64,000 nt of DNA. Source: Squalus acanthias. Lineage: Eukaryota. The stretch's first letter is position 1. Every line of letters starts with the position of its first letter. Below are positions 1-11,832 of this stretch, piece by piece. The notes beneath the pieces were generated by a model that saw only the letters and a list, made by a program, of their open reading frames with translations, had not been told where the DNA came from and did not search any database. The translations under genes were made by a program, and so were the position numbers. The stretch covers positions 88,538,001 through 88,602,000 of the forward strand of contig CM059432.1 in assembly GCA_030390025.1 (NCBI GenBank). The letters run 5' to 3'.

Positions 1-180
1 TTGAAAACAAAGATGAGAATTTTGAAATCAAGGTGTTGCTTAACCGGGAGCCAATGTAGGTCAGCGAGCACAGAGGTGATGGGTGAACGGGACTTGGTGC
101 GAGTTAGGACACAGGCAGCCGAGTTTTGGATGACCTCAAGTTTACGTAGGGTAGAATGTGGGAGGCCAGCCAGGCATGCG
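1..180 (-). mobile_element. L2-clade LINE fragment (C-terminal ORF2 region)
   Basis: The minus strand translates to LAGLPHSTLRKLEVIQNSAA..LTRTKSRSPIT..LADLHWLPVKQHLDFKILIFVFK, the typical L2 ORF2 C-terminus. Confidence 0.8.
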
Positions 181-559
181 TTAAAAAGACACTGCAAAAC
201 ATGCCTCTCCAACATCCGGGTTCCCGACACATTCCAGGCATCCCCCGGCCTCTGCACCCATCGCAAGCTAAAAATTCAGCCCATGATTTTTTGACAAGGC
301 TCGGATAATTTCATTTTAAATACACAAAGCAGTTAATGAAATTGTTTTGCACATGAACTTTGATCAATGCCGGCTGAAAGATTTCCATGGGTTACATTGT
401 GACACTCGCTCTCCATGATTCTAAACATGTTTAATTTCTTTGTTGCTTCATTCTAAATATTTGTTGGAGAGGATATGTTTGTAAAATAGAGGCTAAAAAG
501 GGAGCATTTTTTTCTGAAACCTAAGCAGTGTAGCATTTATATTGTGTAATTCTATGGTA

Positions 560-1812
560 GAAACTTGACTAAATTTTTTGATGAGGTAACAGAGAGGGTT
601 GATGAGGGCAATGCGGTTGATGTGGTGTACATGGATTTCCAAAAGGCGTTCAACAAAGTGCTACATAATAGGCTTGCTAGAGAAGTTGAAGCCCATGGAA
701 TAAAAGGAACAGTGGCAGCATGGATACGAAATTGGCTAAGTGACAGGAACAGAGTAATGGTGAATGGTTGTTTTTTGGACTGGAGAAAGGTATACAGTGG
801 TGTCCCCCAGGGGTCAGTTCTAGGACCACTGCTTTTCTTGATATATATTAATGACTTAGATTTGGGAGTACAGGGCACAATTTCAAAATTTGCAGATGAC
901 ACAAAACTTGGCAGTATCGTGAACAGTGAGGAGGATAGGGATAGACTTCAAGAAGACATTGACAGGCTGGTTAAATGGGCGGACACGTGGCAGATGAAAT
1001 TTAACGCAGAAAAGTGCGACGTAATACATTTTGTGAGGAAGAACGAGGAGAAGCAATATAAACTAAAGGGTACAATCCTAAAGTGGGTGCATGAACAGAG
1101 AGACCTGGGGGTATATGTGCACAAATCATTGAAGGTGGCAGGGCAGGTTGAGAAAGCGGTTAAAAAAGCATACGGGATCCTGGGCTTCATAATTAGAGGC
1201 ATTGCGTACAAAAGCAAGGAAGTTATGATGAACCTTTATAAAACACTGGTTTGGCCTCAATTGAAGTACTGTCTCCAATTCTGGGCACCACACTTTAGGA
1301 AGGATGTGAAGGCCTTAGAGAAGGTGCAGAAAAGATTTACGAGAATGATTCCAGGGATGAGGGACTTCAGTTATGTGAATAGACTAGAGAAGCTGGGGTT
1401 GTTCTCCTTAGAGCAGAGAAGGTTGAGAGGAGATTTTATAGAGGTGTTCAAAATCATGATGGGTCTAGACAGAGTAGATAGAAACTGTTCCCATTGGCGG
1501 AAGGGTCGAGAACCAGAGGACACAGATTTAAGGTGATTGGCAAAAGAACTAAAGACAACATGACGAAAAACATTTTTACGCAGCGAGTGGTTAGGATCTG
1601 GAATGCACTGCCTGAAAGGGTGGTGGAGGCAGACTCAATTGTGGCTTTCAAAAGGCAATTGGATAAGTACTTGAAGGAAAAAAAATTGCAGGGCTACGGG
1701 GAAAGGGCGGGGGAGTGGGACTAGCTGAAGTGCTCTTGCAGAGAGCTGGCACGGGCTCGATGGGCCGAATGTTCTCCTTATGTGCAGTAACCATTCCATG
1801 ATTCTATGATTT
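560..1812 (+). mobile_element. 5'-truncated CR1 LINE (RT domain, 3'UTR and tail)
   Basis: ORF 565-1536 carries YMDFQKAF, GVPQGSVLGP and KFADDTK; a frameshifted end reads FTQRVVRIWNALP; the 3' tail is ccattccatgattctatgatt. Confidence 0.95.
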
Positions 1813-2764
1813 AAAAAATAATCAAAACATTTGGTGCCCCATTCTCTGCTGGAATTGCTGTTCACAGTAAAAGTGGTGGAGTGTATGGAATAGGAGGGTT
1901 AGCAGAGGCATTTGGTGCTACTTATGCTCGTTGGAGTTTATCATGGCAGGAGAACTGCACGCTGACACCTCTGCTGGATCTGCCCATCTGTCGAGTGAGG
2001 CTCTGCCCTGTGAGTACGAACTCATAAAATATCTGTTGATTTCACAGTGTACGCGGTCTTTTTGGAAAAAAGAATACTTCCATCTTTGTAATGTTTTACG
2101 CAGCCCAAAACACAAATGGCAAAGGAAAGAGCTGCCCTTTGAGACACCCATCCAGCATTCAGGAAGAGGTGATTATAGTGACAGATGTACCCCTTTATAA
2201 CTTTAGCATGATTGTTAAGTGAAATAACATATTAGCAATTTTTTTGACTGTCTTTGATGTCTTTCAATCCATTTATCCTTGTATTTCAAGCTTAATGTCC
2301 AAACTTAAACTTACCACAGACTTCAAAAGGTATAGTTATTACGAAATTTAGGAAATCTGAAAGCAATAGCTATATTAGTGTTGAATTAGTTTATTCATCA
2401 AACTGAGAATAAACTGGACATGAAAGAGGAATGGCTTTGTTGAAACCATGTACTGTGTTTGATGGAGTGATACATTGCTGTGCATGATGATGGGCCCTTG
2501 TGTGATACTATAAGTGCACTTTCAACTGGTAGAAGCTCAAGACTACTTCTCTGCTCGAAGGGAAAGCAGGCACATAACGAAAGGCAACAGCCCGAACTGC
2601 ACGAGTCTTGACTGACTTTTGAAGAGGCCGCCTTCGACTATGAGAGCATAAAGGGAATGGAGAAGGGTGAAGCCGGAAGCCTCCCCTAAACCAATGCGCA
2701 AGAAATAGAAGTAGAAATGGACCTGAGTTTCCCGTGCTTCATCAGATGGATTGCCAGTGCTTAT

Positions 2765-2805
2765 GGGCTGAATGTGGCCCACAGGCTGGAGTTCAGACAA
2801 CCCTA
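2765..2805 (-). mobile_element. possible hAT/Charlie-type terminus
   Basis: The minus strand begins TAGGGTTGTCTGAACTCCAGCCTGTGGGCCACATTCAGCCC, which resembles hAT-Charlie ends. It abuts GTCTAGAT, matching the NTCTAGAN target preference. The other end was not found. Confidence 0.3.
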
Positions 2806-3373
2806 GTCTAGATGACGAAAACAGGCTTAGGACTGACAAGTAGAACATCCACCCCAACTCCTAATCATTTGGTTGGATTCATACCTTTTAGTTACCAATG
2901 TATAGCTTACAATGCTTATGTATTAGTTGGACTTATTTTGTGAACTATGCTTTCTCTCATATTTCTATAAATTCCAGGTGTAATCTTGATCAGGAGAATG
3001 ATGCTGGGCCTAAAATTCCTCTCAGTAGTGGTTGCAGTGCATTGTTTCCTGTGGCCTCTGCACTGATCTGCCTCTGAGCATGCTTGAAAAAGATGTTGCT
3101 ATTTACAGCCCATGTAAATCGCAGAAACATGATGATATGGGAGCCTGTAAGCGCTAGTCAGATGCAGGTCAGGTGCAGGCTACCCCTATTAAAACAGGCA
3201 GCGAGGGGAGAGAGGCTGCATTCTCGAGACCACACTTTTTAAAGGAGCAGGCAGCAAGCCGTGCAGAAGTGAGTTTTCGCCTCTACTTGTTCAGAGAGCA
3301 ATAATGGTGATTTCAGCAGTAGCAGTAGGGCTATGTTAATATTTGGATGCTGGAGAGTGCTCCAAGACTCCAA

Positions 3374-4230
3374 GGCCATGATTTTTCCTATCGATGCAGC
3401 TTGGGGGTGGGACAGCTGCCTTCCGGGTTCCAGTCCCGCCCCCAATGACATCAGACGTGATTTTGCATCAATTGGCCTTGTTAGGCCCGCCCTGCGGGCT
3501 TGCCGGCCAATTAAGAGGAAGCCGGTGTCAGATGATGTCAGTTGATGATGCATCATCTGCCGGTTTTCTTAAAGGGGCCATGCACAATTTTTTTTGAAAG
3601 CTGATTTTTCAGTGTTTGACAGCATTGAGGTGCTGCAAACACTGACAATCACTGTACAAAGGTGAGCCCTTGTACCCAGGCTCTTCAGTGACTCCCTCCT
3701 TAGGCTAGAACAGATTGCAGCTGCAGGTGAGGTTACAGAAGCGATCTGTCACTGGTGAGAGAGGTTCTCCCAATGAGGTGGGACTATACACACAATCCAA
3801 AACTTGTCACCTACAGAAAAGTGTAAATGCATTAAAAATGATTTTCCCAACATTTTCTTACCTCTGAAACTCACCAGTGTACCATTGGATCCTTCACACC
3901 ACTTCTGCAGCTGTCATCAATGCAGAAGCATTACAGTAGACCCACAGCACGCCACACTTACCTGGCGTGGTGTCCGGATGTCGGAAGCCCGCAGTAGAAC
4001 TGTCAAAATTGCAACAAGCCTCTTAACTGCCTGTTAACAAGCAGTTAAGTGCCTATAATCCTCTTCCCGCCGCTAGGTGTCGGGTTCATGCGCAAATCGG
4101 GGACCTGACACCTGGGAAGATTGTTTGGAGGCGGCTTAACAGCAGGTATCCGACCCACTGTCAATCATTGCGATTTTGCCGGATGTCCCGCCTCCAAACC
4201 CGCCCCCTGAGTGCCAGCAAAATTCCAGCC
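3374..4230. mobile_element. degenerate non-autonomous Harbinger-type element
   Basis: Imperfect TIRs GGCCATGATTTT / AAAATTCCAGCC are flanked by CAA on both sides, and the interior resembles decayed Myb-gene exon 1 sequence. Confidence 0.45.
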
Positions 4231-4233
4231 CAA

Positions 4234-4700
4234 GTGTCAGCTGTGGCTCAGTTGGTAGCACCCTCGCCTCTGAGTCAGAAAATTGTGGGTTCAAGTCCCA
4301 CTCCAGGGACTTGAGCACATAAAGCTAGGCTGACACTCCAGTACAGTGCTGAGGGAGTGCTGTACTGTCGGAGGTGCCATCTTTCAGATGAGACGTTAAA
4401 CCGAGGTCCCGTCTGCTCTCTCAGGAGGATGTAAAAGATCCCATGGCACTATTTTGAAGAAGAGCAGGGGAGTTATCCCCGGTGTCCTGGCCAATATTTT
4501 TTATCCCTCAACCAACATAACAAAAAAAAAGATTATCTGGTCATTATCACATTGATGTTTGTGGGAGCTTGCTGTGTGCAAATTGGCTGCTGCGTTTCCC
4601 ACATTACAGCAGTGACTCCACTTCATTGGCTGTAAAGCGCTTTGAGATGTCCGGTGCTCGTGAAAGTCGCTATATAAGTGCAAGTCTTTCTTTCCTTTCC
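4234..4700 (+). mobile_element. tRNA-derived DeuSINE (SacSINE1-like) with L2-type tail
   Basis: A box TGGCTCAGTTGG and B box GGTTCAAGTCC; Deu-like core (ggaggtgccatctttcagatgagacgttaaaccgagg...gatcccatggcactatttt); tail gtaaagcgctttgagatg...ctatataagtgcaagtcttt. Confidence 0.85.
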
Positions 4701-5846
4701 CTGAATGTAATCCTACTGAACATAAACTGGAGGGAGAAAGGATTTGTACAGATGTCATTTTGAAAATCATGGCCCAAGGAGGCCAACAACATTTTTTATT
4801 CATCTTACAAAAATACTTAGACTAGTCTCTACCTGTTCATGTGGTTTTCTTCTTCATTCTTGTCTCTTTATGTAATGTTTCACATCGTTAATCTTTTTTT
4901 CTTTTAAATCGTTGTTGTTACTTTTTCTATCAATGTTTTCCTTTATTAATTTTCCACTCTATTTAATTTTTCTTCTTCTCCTTAACGTCTCTATTTCTTT
5001 TGTCCTTGTTTTTATCTTTATTTATTGTTTCATTTGTTCTTCCTCCATGTTGATCTTCCTTTTTTTAAAACTTTTTTACCGGTTCAATGACAGTTATTCC
5101 AAACAACAGGAGCATTTATTGACTTATTTTATTAGCAGTTATAATTGTCTTAACACTTAAGATTCTTTTTGCTTGACAGCAAGAACACTGAGGGCCATGG
5201 AGATTGCGTACAATTTATAAATGGAAAATGTCAGCAGTCAAAATGAAAGAGTTGAACGAGTGGCAGCAACAAAGTGAAAGAGTGCTTCCTGGGAGTAAGA
5301 TGTTAAATTATAGAGTACCACAGTCTGATATTGTTCTTGTTAAATTAAGGTACAATGTAATGTTTTTCTACAATCATCAGAAATAATTCTTGTATTTATT
5401 AGTGCAGTACTTTTCAAAATGCCCTTCAATGAATAAAAATTCCTCCCTGTGTTACATTTACTGCATGGGCAATATCGTGCACCTATCATGATTTTGCCCA
5501 TAGGATAAAAATAATGCATCGAGGAAATTCATCCCCTACTTCCAGTAACTAATATCCCATGGTAAATAAGGTGGCATATGTGCACCTTACAGGATATCCA
5601 CTGAAGGGACTTTATGCCTAGTGTGCATCGAGATCACACTGCTATTTTTTTCTAACTAAGGTGCGTTGGGTTCACAAGAGGCTTGCATTGCTGGTAGGCA
5701 CAGGTTTTATTTAAGGGGGTGAAAATAATATTAATTAGGGAGGAGTTCCCTGTCCTGCATTTTGTGTTCTCTGCTCCAGAAGTGTGATGTCATCTCTTGA
5801 GGCCTGTTTTAAATGGATGCATTTGCAAACTAACTTCCTGGCCTTT

Positions 5847-6292
5847 CATAGAAACATAGAAACATAGAATCTAGGAGCAGGAGTAGGCCATTCGGCCCGT
5901 CGAGCCTGCTCCGCCATTCAATACGATCATGGCTGATCATCCAAATCCAGTACCCTGTCCCTGCTTTAATCCCCACAGTACACTATCCCACCCTACCCCG
6001 TAACCCCACGTATTTAATTCCCCCTAACATATCCATCCTATCCCCATAACCCACATATTTAATCCCCCCTAACACTAAGGGTCAATTTATCATAGCCAAA
6101 TCAACCTAACCCACACATTTTTGGACTGTGGGAGGAAACCGGAGCACCCGGAGGAAACCCACGCAGACACGGGGAGAATGTGCAAACTCCACACAGACAG
6201 TCACCCGAGGTCAGATTCGAACCCGGGTCTCTGGCGCTGTGAGGCACCAGTGCTAACCACTATGCCACCGTGCTAACCACTATGCCACCGTG
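5847..6292 (-). mobile_element. HE1-like V-SINE with CR1-derived tail
   Basis: V-domain (ggaggaaaccggagcacccggaggaaacccacgcagacacggggagaatgtgcaaactccacacagac on +), a tRNA head with B box at ~6215-6225, a 20-bp tandem duplication in the head, and a (catagaaa)n CR1-type tail. Confidence 0.88.
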
Positions 6293-8063
6293 TTGCAGCC
6301 TAGATTTTCCTCAGTGATTCTTTGAACTATAATATTAGAAAAACCCTGAAAATGGCATCATAGCAAAGAATAACAAAGCTATACAACTTTGAGACTCACA
6401 ACGCATTCATAATTTTACAGAAATAAACTTTATATACAAGTGTCGGTGTAATTTAGAGGCATTAAATCGTGCTTCTGATTTAACTTCAGTAGCCATTTCT
6501 AGCACAAGAAACACAGCAAAAATGGGGTAGAAATTGGTATGTGTTGCACTTGTTTTTTGGGTGTAAAACAGGCTCAAATCATACCAATTTATCAGTGGGA
6601 CCGCCTGCACCCAATCTGCGCAGATGCTGTTCCCACAGTTAAATTCATGGGGACCATTTATTCGGCGTCTCAGGTGGATACCTCCATCGCTGTGACAGAA
6701 AAGTCGAGGGACTTGGGTAAAGTCATGCTACCCGCTGCTTCTGAAAATCACTTTGTGCTAGCTACCATTGAAAAGTGCACCTTCCCTTTTAAGGGCTGCA
6801 GGTTGCCTTTAAGTCGAGGCCATTCACCAGATTTCCCACCCTTCCATTCAGCAAGCTGTCTCTAGGGAGCATGATTAGAACTGACAGCTTGGCGATCACA
6901 CGCTCATAAGACCTCCTGCTGATTGCATCAGTTTGGTGGCGTGGACTTCTCGCCCACCTCCCACCCAATGTATGTTCCACATAATAATCAGCCCCAATCA
7001 ATTTTCAACTAAAGAACCGTAGCTGAATTTTCTTCAATTTGCTTATGGTTGTAATTTTAAATCTCACTGTCACCAGCTTGAAATTTGTAATTATACCCAA
7101 ATTACATCCAGCAATGTGATGTTCCAAGCTCACTGCACTGGAAGCCAGTATTTCCTCACCCTGATCAAACACCCCTACTCCTTTGAGATCAGCCTCTTCC
7201 AGTGGAGGGAATCGTGGCTGTGAATCAACTCTTGGTTTAATGGTTGGGTTAGTCTATTCTTTTGAGGGCGGGGGGAGAGCAAATTTAATCCATTTTAGGT
7301 TCATACCAGAAGGATGAGTTCAACAATTGTCAATTGATCGCTCTATGCCAGAATTGTCAAATAATCAAGGCAATTATTAATCAATTGTCAAGAAATTGTC
7401 CCTCCACCTGCAGTGAAAACAATAATGGGTATTCAATCACTTTGACTTGCATTATACACAACTGCTGAATACCCTTAAGACACAAAGCTTTTTGCTTTTC
7501 CTGATAACCACAAGTTTCTTTTTCAGTGTTATTCATATTGCAACAATCAAGTGGTTTAATGCTGAATTTGACTATTCTGAATCTGGCCAAATCTTCCCTC
7601 TTAAAGTTTAATTCCCTCAGGGAATGCTGCAGAATGAGTTGCAATTTCATCGTTAAAATGTCTTTAGATGCATGCGAAGCAAGTATTGTTGTAACTTCCA
7701 CTCTGTTTTGCATTGTGCAACTGATGCTAAGTTGAGGTCAACTTTCTCATTTTTAAAGCTGAGTTCAATACATCTCACTAACCATGCATGAAAGTTCGGT
7801 TTTCTATTGCTGTTGAGAGTTCTCTTCCTATTCTTTAAAACATTCAGTGTTTCTTGATCGGTTTATAGACAGTTGCCTGTGAACTTACATTGAGGATATA
7901 TGCATGCATTGCAAACGCAAATCAGTGCGAGACAGCCTTGTGCCTTTTGTGCTCTCAATAGGCTCCTGAGTTGCACTGTTACTGACATGCACCCACAACT
8001 GCATCATACTGATGTAAAAGTGGCAGTAGAATAACATCTTTAACCTTTTATCTACACATTCAG

Positions 8064-11000
8064 CAGAGGAAAAATACGGTAGGTTAGCGCCTCCCGTTAG
8101 TGCCTGCAGAGGGCGGTAATGGGGCACTGATGCAGTAGCACCAGGGCAAGGCAAATCCAGCCCCCCGTTGTGCTACCAGTACAAGGTACCGCTGGGGAAA
8201 TCAACGCCAGGCAGAGTGTGACGTCAGTGAGCGTGCAACGCTCACCGGGCGCCCGATCTGCAAAATTTATTTGTCGCCACTTACCTTCGCGACTCGACCA
8301 AACAGCAACAGGGAGAGCAGGTGCACAGTTCATGGAAGCCGGCTACAGCTACGTTATTTAAAGGCATCAGCATTAATCACTTGCAGCTGTCAGGACAAGT
8401 TAGTTTCAGTGGCTTCTTGTCAGTTTCTTGTCTTTTTTATCAGCAGTCTTCTGGCAAGTGCAAAGTAGCTGCATTTATTGTTCAAAGATTCAAACTGCTA
8501 CACTTGGCAACATTAATGGGGCTGTACTGGAATGCCACCTCACCCTCCAGGATCTATGGCTGAGCTTAGGCAGCCAGAAATACGGGAACATGTGCACAGA
8601 GGGATGAGGAGGGACATCAGAGCTCTCACCAGGAGGCCTTACCCTCCGAGGATATTCCGACAGTACTTCTCCTATCTTCAATTAAGTGAGGAGCAGTGTA
8701 TTAGACGGCTCCGCATCACCAAGGTGGTGGTCACAGAACTCTGCCACCTCCTCCAAACAGACCTCCAGCCTCACACCAGGATGACTTAAACCCCAGGTCC
8801 CTTTACCTCACCAGATGCCCATCATACCATCCCTGTGTCATGGCATATCACAGCATCCTCCTGGGCACAAAGGTGAAATGAGAGAGACCACAAAATATTG
8901 TAAACTCCATGAATAAATTTATGCATAAACATCTCACACATATCACATTCATTCTAATAACTAGTGACCCTTGTGCCTGCCATAGTTGAATAGCTGTCAT
9001 TGTGTGCAAGGTGTGAGATGTGAGTGTGAGTGTTGGTAGGTAGAGATTGTTGGTGTGTGAGCACTGGGGGTGTGGTGCTTTGGGCAGTATGTGAATTTTG
9101 TGGTACAGATGGTGGTATGTAGCATTTGTTGAAGCATTCAATTACCCTGACCACCCGACTGAGGTGGATCTGTCATGAGCACACCTGCTTCAGTCCTCCA
9201 GCTCCTTCTCCTTGTTGTGCTTCTGCTTACTGAGGCAGCTGCACAGCCAGCAATGCTGAGAATGAGGTGCTGCAGTATCAATGAACCTCCCCTTTAAGTA
9301 CTGGGAAAAGCCTTTGGCAATGATGAGTTGAGATTAGACTGCACCCGATATTGGTCCATCTTTTGAGTGTAACGCCACTGAGCTAGGCCTTTAAGACTTG
9401 ATTTAGTGCCCCAATCATTTCTTTGAGCAGTGAGAATGAATTTTGCCTGCAGTCTGTAGAGTTTCGCAATTATCGCGATTCAAAATAACATGAGAGAAGC
9501 AGATTCATTTGATCAGTTTTATTAAACGAAATGCTGTCCTGATAATAAAGGACACAGAAGCCTGTAAAATGGCTGCCGCGCATTGTGGCAGAAGCTTCCA
9601 GAAACAAAGTGGGCAGACAAGATGGCGTCGAATATACATTCAGTATAAGATTGGATCATACTCGGTAAACATTGATAAAGACAGGATGCAACCCGTTTGC
9701 ATTTTGAACAATAGCAATGATATAAGTGCTGGAATCATTTTCCTATGCACAGTAAGGATCATTGTACTGGGCAATCGAAGTCCCATCCAGACACATCAAT
9801 ACACAAATACCCCCCCGGCTCTACAATGAGAGAGACATTGACGGGTGATTAAGCAAGTATTCGGGGGGCCCCAAAACCAGTCAGGGAGACGATTCATACA
9901 CATCCTGGCTGGTTCAACAATGGGGAAAACATTAACGGATAGTTGGCCAGTTTCAGGTGCTACCGAAACCCGTTAAAGGAGATAATCGCCCCATGCTGGG
10001 AGTTTTGAGCGCCAATATTACACAAAGGACAAACATTAAGATTTGAGCGGGAGATAAGCGGACACATCACTATAACTATAGAGAACAAATGTCCATCGGT
10101 CTCTTATCTCTCTGCGGACCCTTGCTGAAGCTCTTCCTTGGGGCTGGACTTTGTGTTTCTCTGGACTTTGTTGACTCTTGACTCTTAGCCGTACTGGTCG
10201 GTTGTTCGAGTGTTGGGTGGAGCTCAATCGGTACGAGCCGCCCCGACAAGGGCAAGTAACAGGGTGCACCATCCCGAGTGTCGGTAAACGGCGTCTGGAC
10301 CCGGAGGCCCGAGGAGACGAGAAGAGAAGAAGACGAGAAGAAGACGAGAAGAAATTCCACGTGCCGCCACGGTCAGTAAACCCCGACCGTGCCCGAAAAT
10401 ATAAATACAGGACTCTTCTTTGAGTTCTACAGACTACAACCTATACCGCACACAGGAAGACTCTTCTTTGAATTTTACAACGTTTTGAGTTCCATCGATT
10501 TCTTCATGACAACGGGGAGTCTGGCCTGCTTTTTGCAGCAGTGAAAGTAAACAAGTGGGGTGCAGAAACCCTTCCAAACACGTGACAGTCAGGCGCTGCA
10601 GCGAAACGAGCTGAGTGCCTCACTGTAAAATCTCCGAAGTAAGCCGAATGGTGAGCATGTTTTCCGATCCTACAAATCCAGACATAGTTTAGGTATTGTT
10701 AAGGGAGGGTGGTTTTAATAAGGTTAAGATATAATGTGTTCCCCTTTTTACGATGTGCCGTGTGTTCTCCATTTCCATAGACCAAGCTTTATGAATGTGT
10801 GTATACTTGTACTCTCTTTGATTTGCGCCTATGACATGTATTTCATGATTTTAGACGCCATGCAATAAAGATTTTCATTTTGTGCTATTCAACCGGGTCT
10901 ATTTGAGTTTTCTCTGCATTACTGCTCCTTGCATCTAAGTCCAGGTGTTAGAACCGTAAGGGCGAGTGGGTCGAACCACTCACAGGTGCTTATTGCAAAA

Positions 11001-11185
11001 AGGCTGGCTGGAGACCAGAGCAAGCAATAGTATAGGCAACGAAGGCCTAACCTCGCACCAGCACCGTCTGAGACACGTCCCCCTTACAAGTCTAAAGCAT
11101 TAGAGCCTGGCGCTAATTCTCAAACTTTTCTAAAGATACCGCCATTCCTGGGCTATAATGAATTTCGATAATGAATTTTTAGCCC
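8064..11185 (+). mobile_element. non-autonomous Harbinger deletion derivative, copy 1 (interrupted by a solo LTR)
   Basis: The transposase N-terminus (RRPYPPRIFRQYFSYLQLSEEQCIRRLR..VTELCHLLQ) is fused directly to 3' sequence. It is an inverted homolog of 23832-25354. The ends are approximate. Confidence 0.8.
9455..11088 (+). mobile_element. solo LTR, 1634 bp (Gypsy-like or ERV)
   Basis: TGTA...TACA termini with a 4-bp TSD AGTC (9451-9454, 11089-11092). The paralogous host copy at ~23900-23940 has the empty site with a single AGTC. AATAAA at 10864 gives the orientation. Confidence 0.88.
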
Positions 11186-11699
11186 AGGGTTTCTATGAGC
11201 CTTCCAACTGGCATTTTTACCAACTGACTGAACTGCTCTGCTGCTAATGCACAAGCTCACAAGATCTGCTACTCCCGAATGAAATATAAACCCTCAGGAC
11301 TAGTAGTGAACAAGAGCTAACTGTGAGATTTGTACGAATTGTTTCCTTTAGAAATGATCACATTAATTGAACAATTTCATGAACTGATAATCACACAATG
11401 CACCTCCAAATCCATTGTTGTAATATCACAGCATGGACTGACAATTCATAAAACAGTTTAAAATGTACTTAATTATCTGAAGACTGAATCATTGTAGTTG
11501 TAAACATTCATGAATTGTATATACTGTAAAAATATTAGTGGACCATTTGAAATATCATGTGGATTACAAATGAAGAACACGCATTTTGAAAGAGTAGAGC
11601 ACCAAGTCTATTCCACTTCTGAGAAAGGGATCATGAGTTCAGGTATGAAGGCCTTGAGTATGGAAAATGTTGACTGTTGCACAATTTTAAATTGTGCTA

Positions 11700-11832
11700 C
11701 ATACATGAGGCAGAAGGGAATAGAGTGATACAGGGCCAGGGTAGGAAGAGGCAATTAGAGTGGGAGGAGACCCATGTGGAGCATAAACACCATCATAGAC
11801 CAGTTGGGCCAAATGGCCCGTTTTGTGCTGTA
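11700..11832 (+). mobile_element. CR1-type 3' end fragment
   Basis: Contains the CR1 3'UTR motif gtggagcataaacacc...gttgggccaaatggcccgtttttgtgctgta. Confidence 0.65.

Noticed and set aside
2715..2760. Hammerhead-like CTGATGA...GAAA on the minus strand
   Set aside because: Stems I and II cannot pair.
4240..4310. tRNA gene (also ~6200-6290 and ~39134-39220)
   Set aside because: These are A/B-box heads of SINE or LINE elements without a convincing cloverleaf or terminator.
7381..7735. ORFs in unique AT-rich sequence (also 4912-5160, 57086-57412, 59334-59567)
   Set aside because: They show no recognisable domain or coherent splice structure, and their lengths are compatible with chance.
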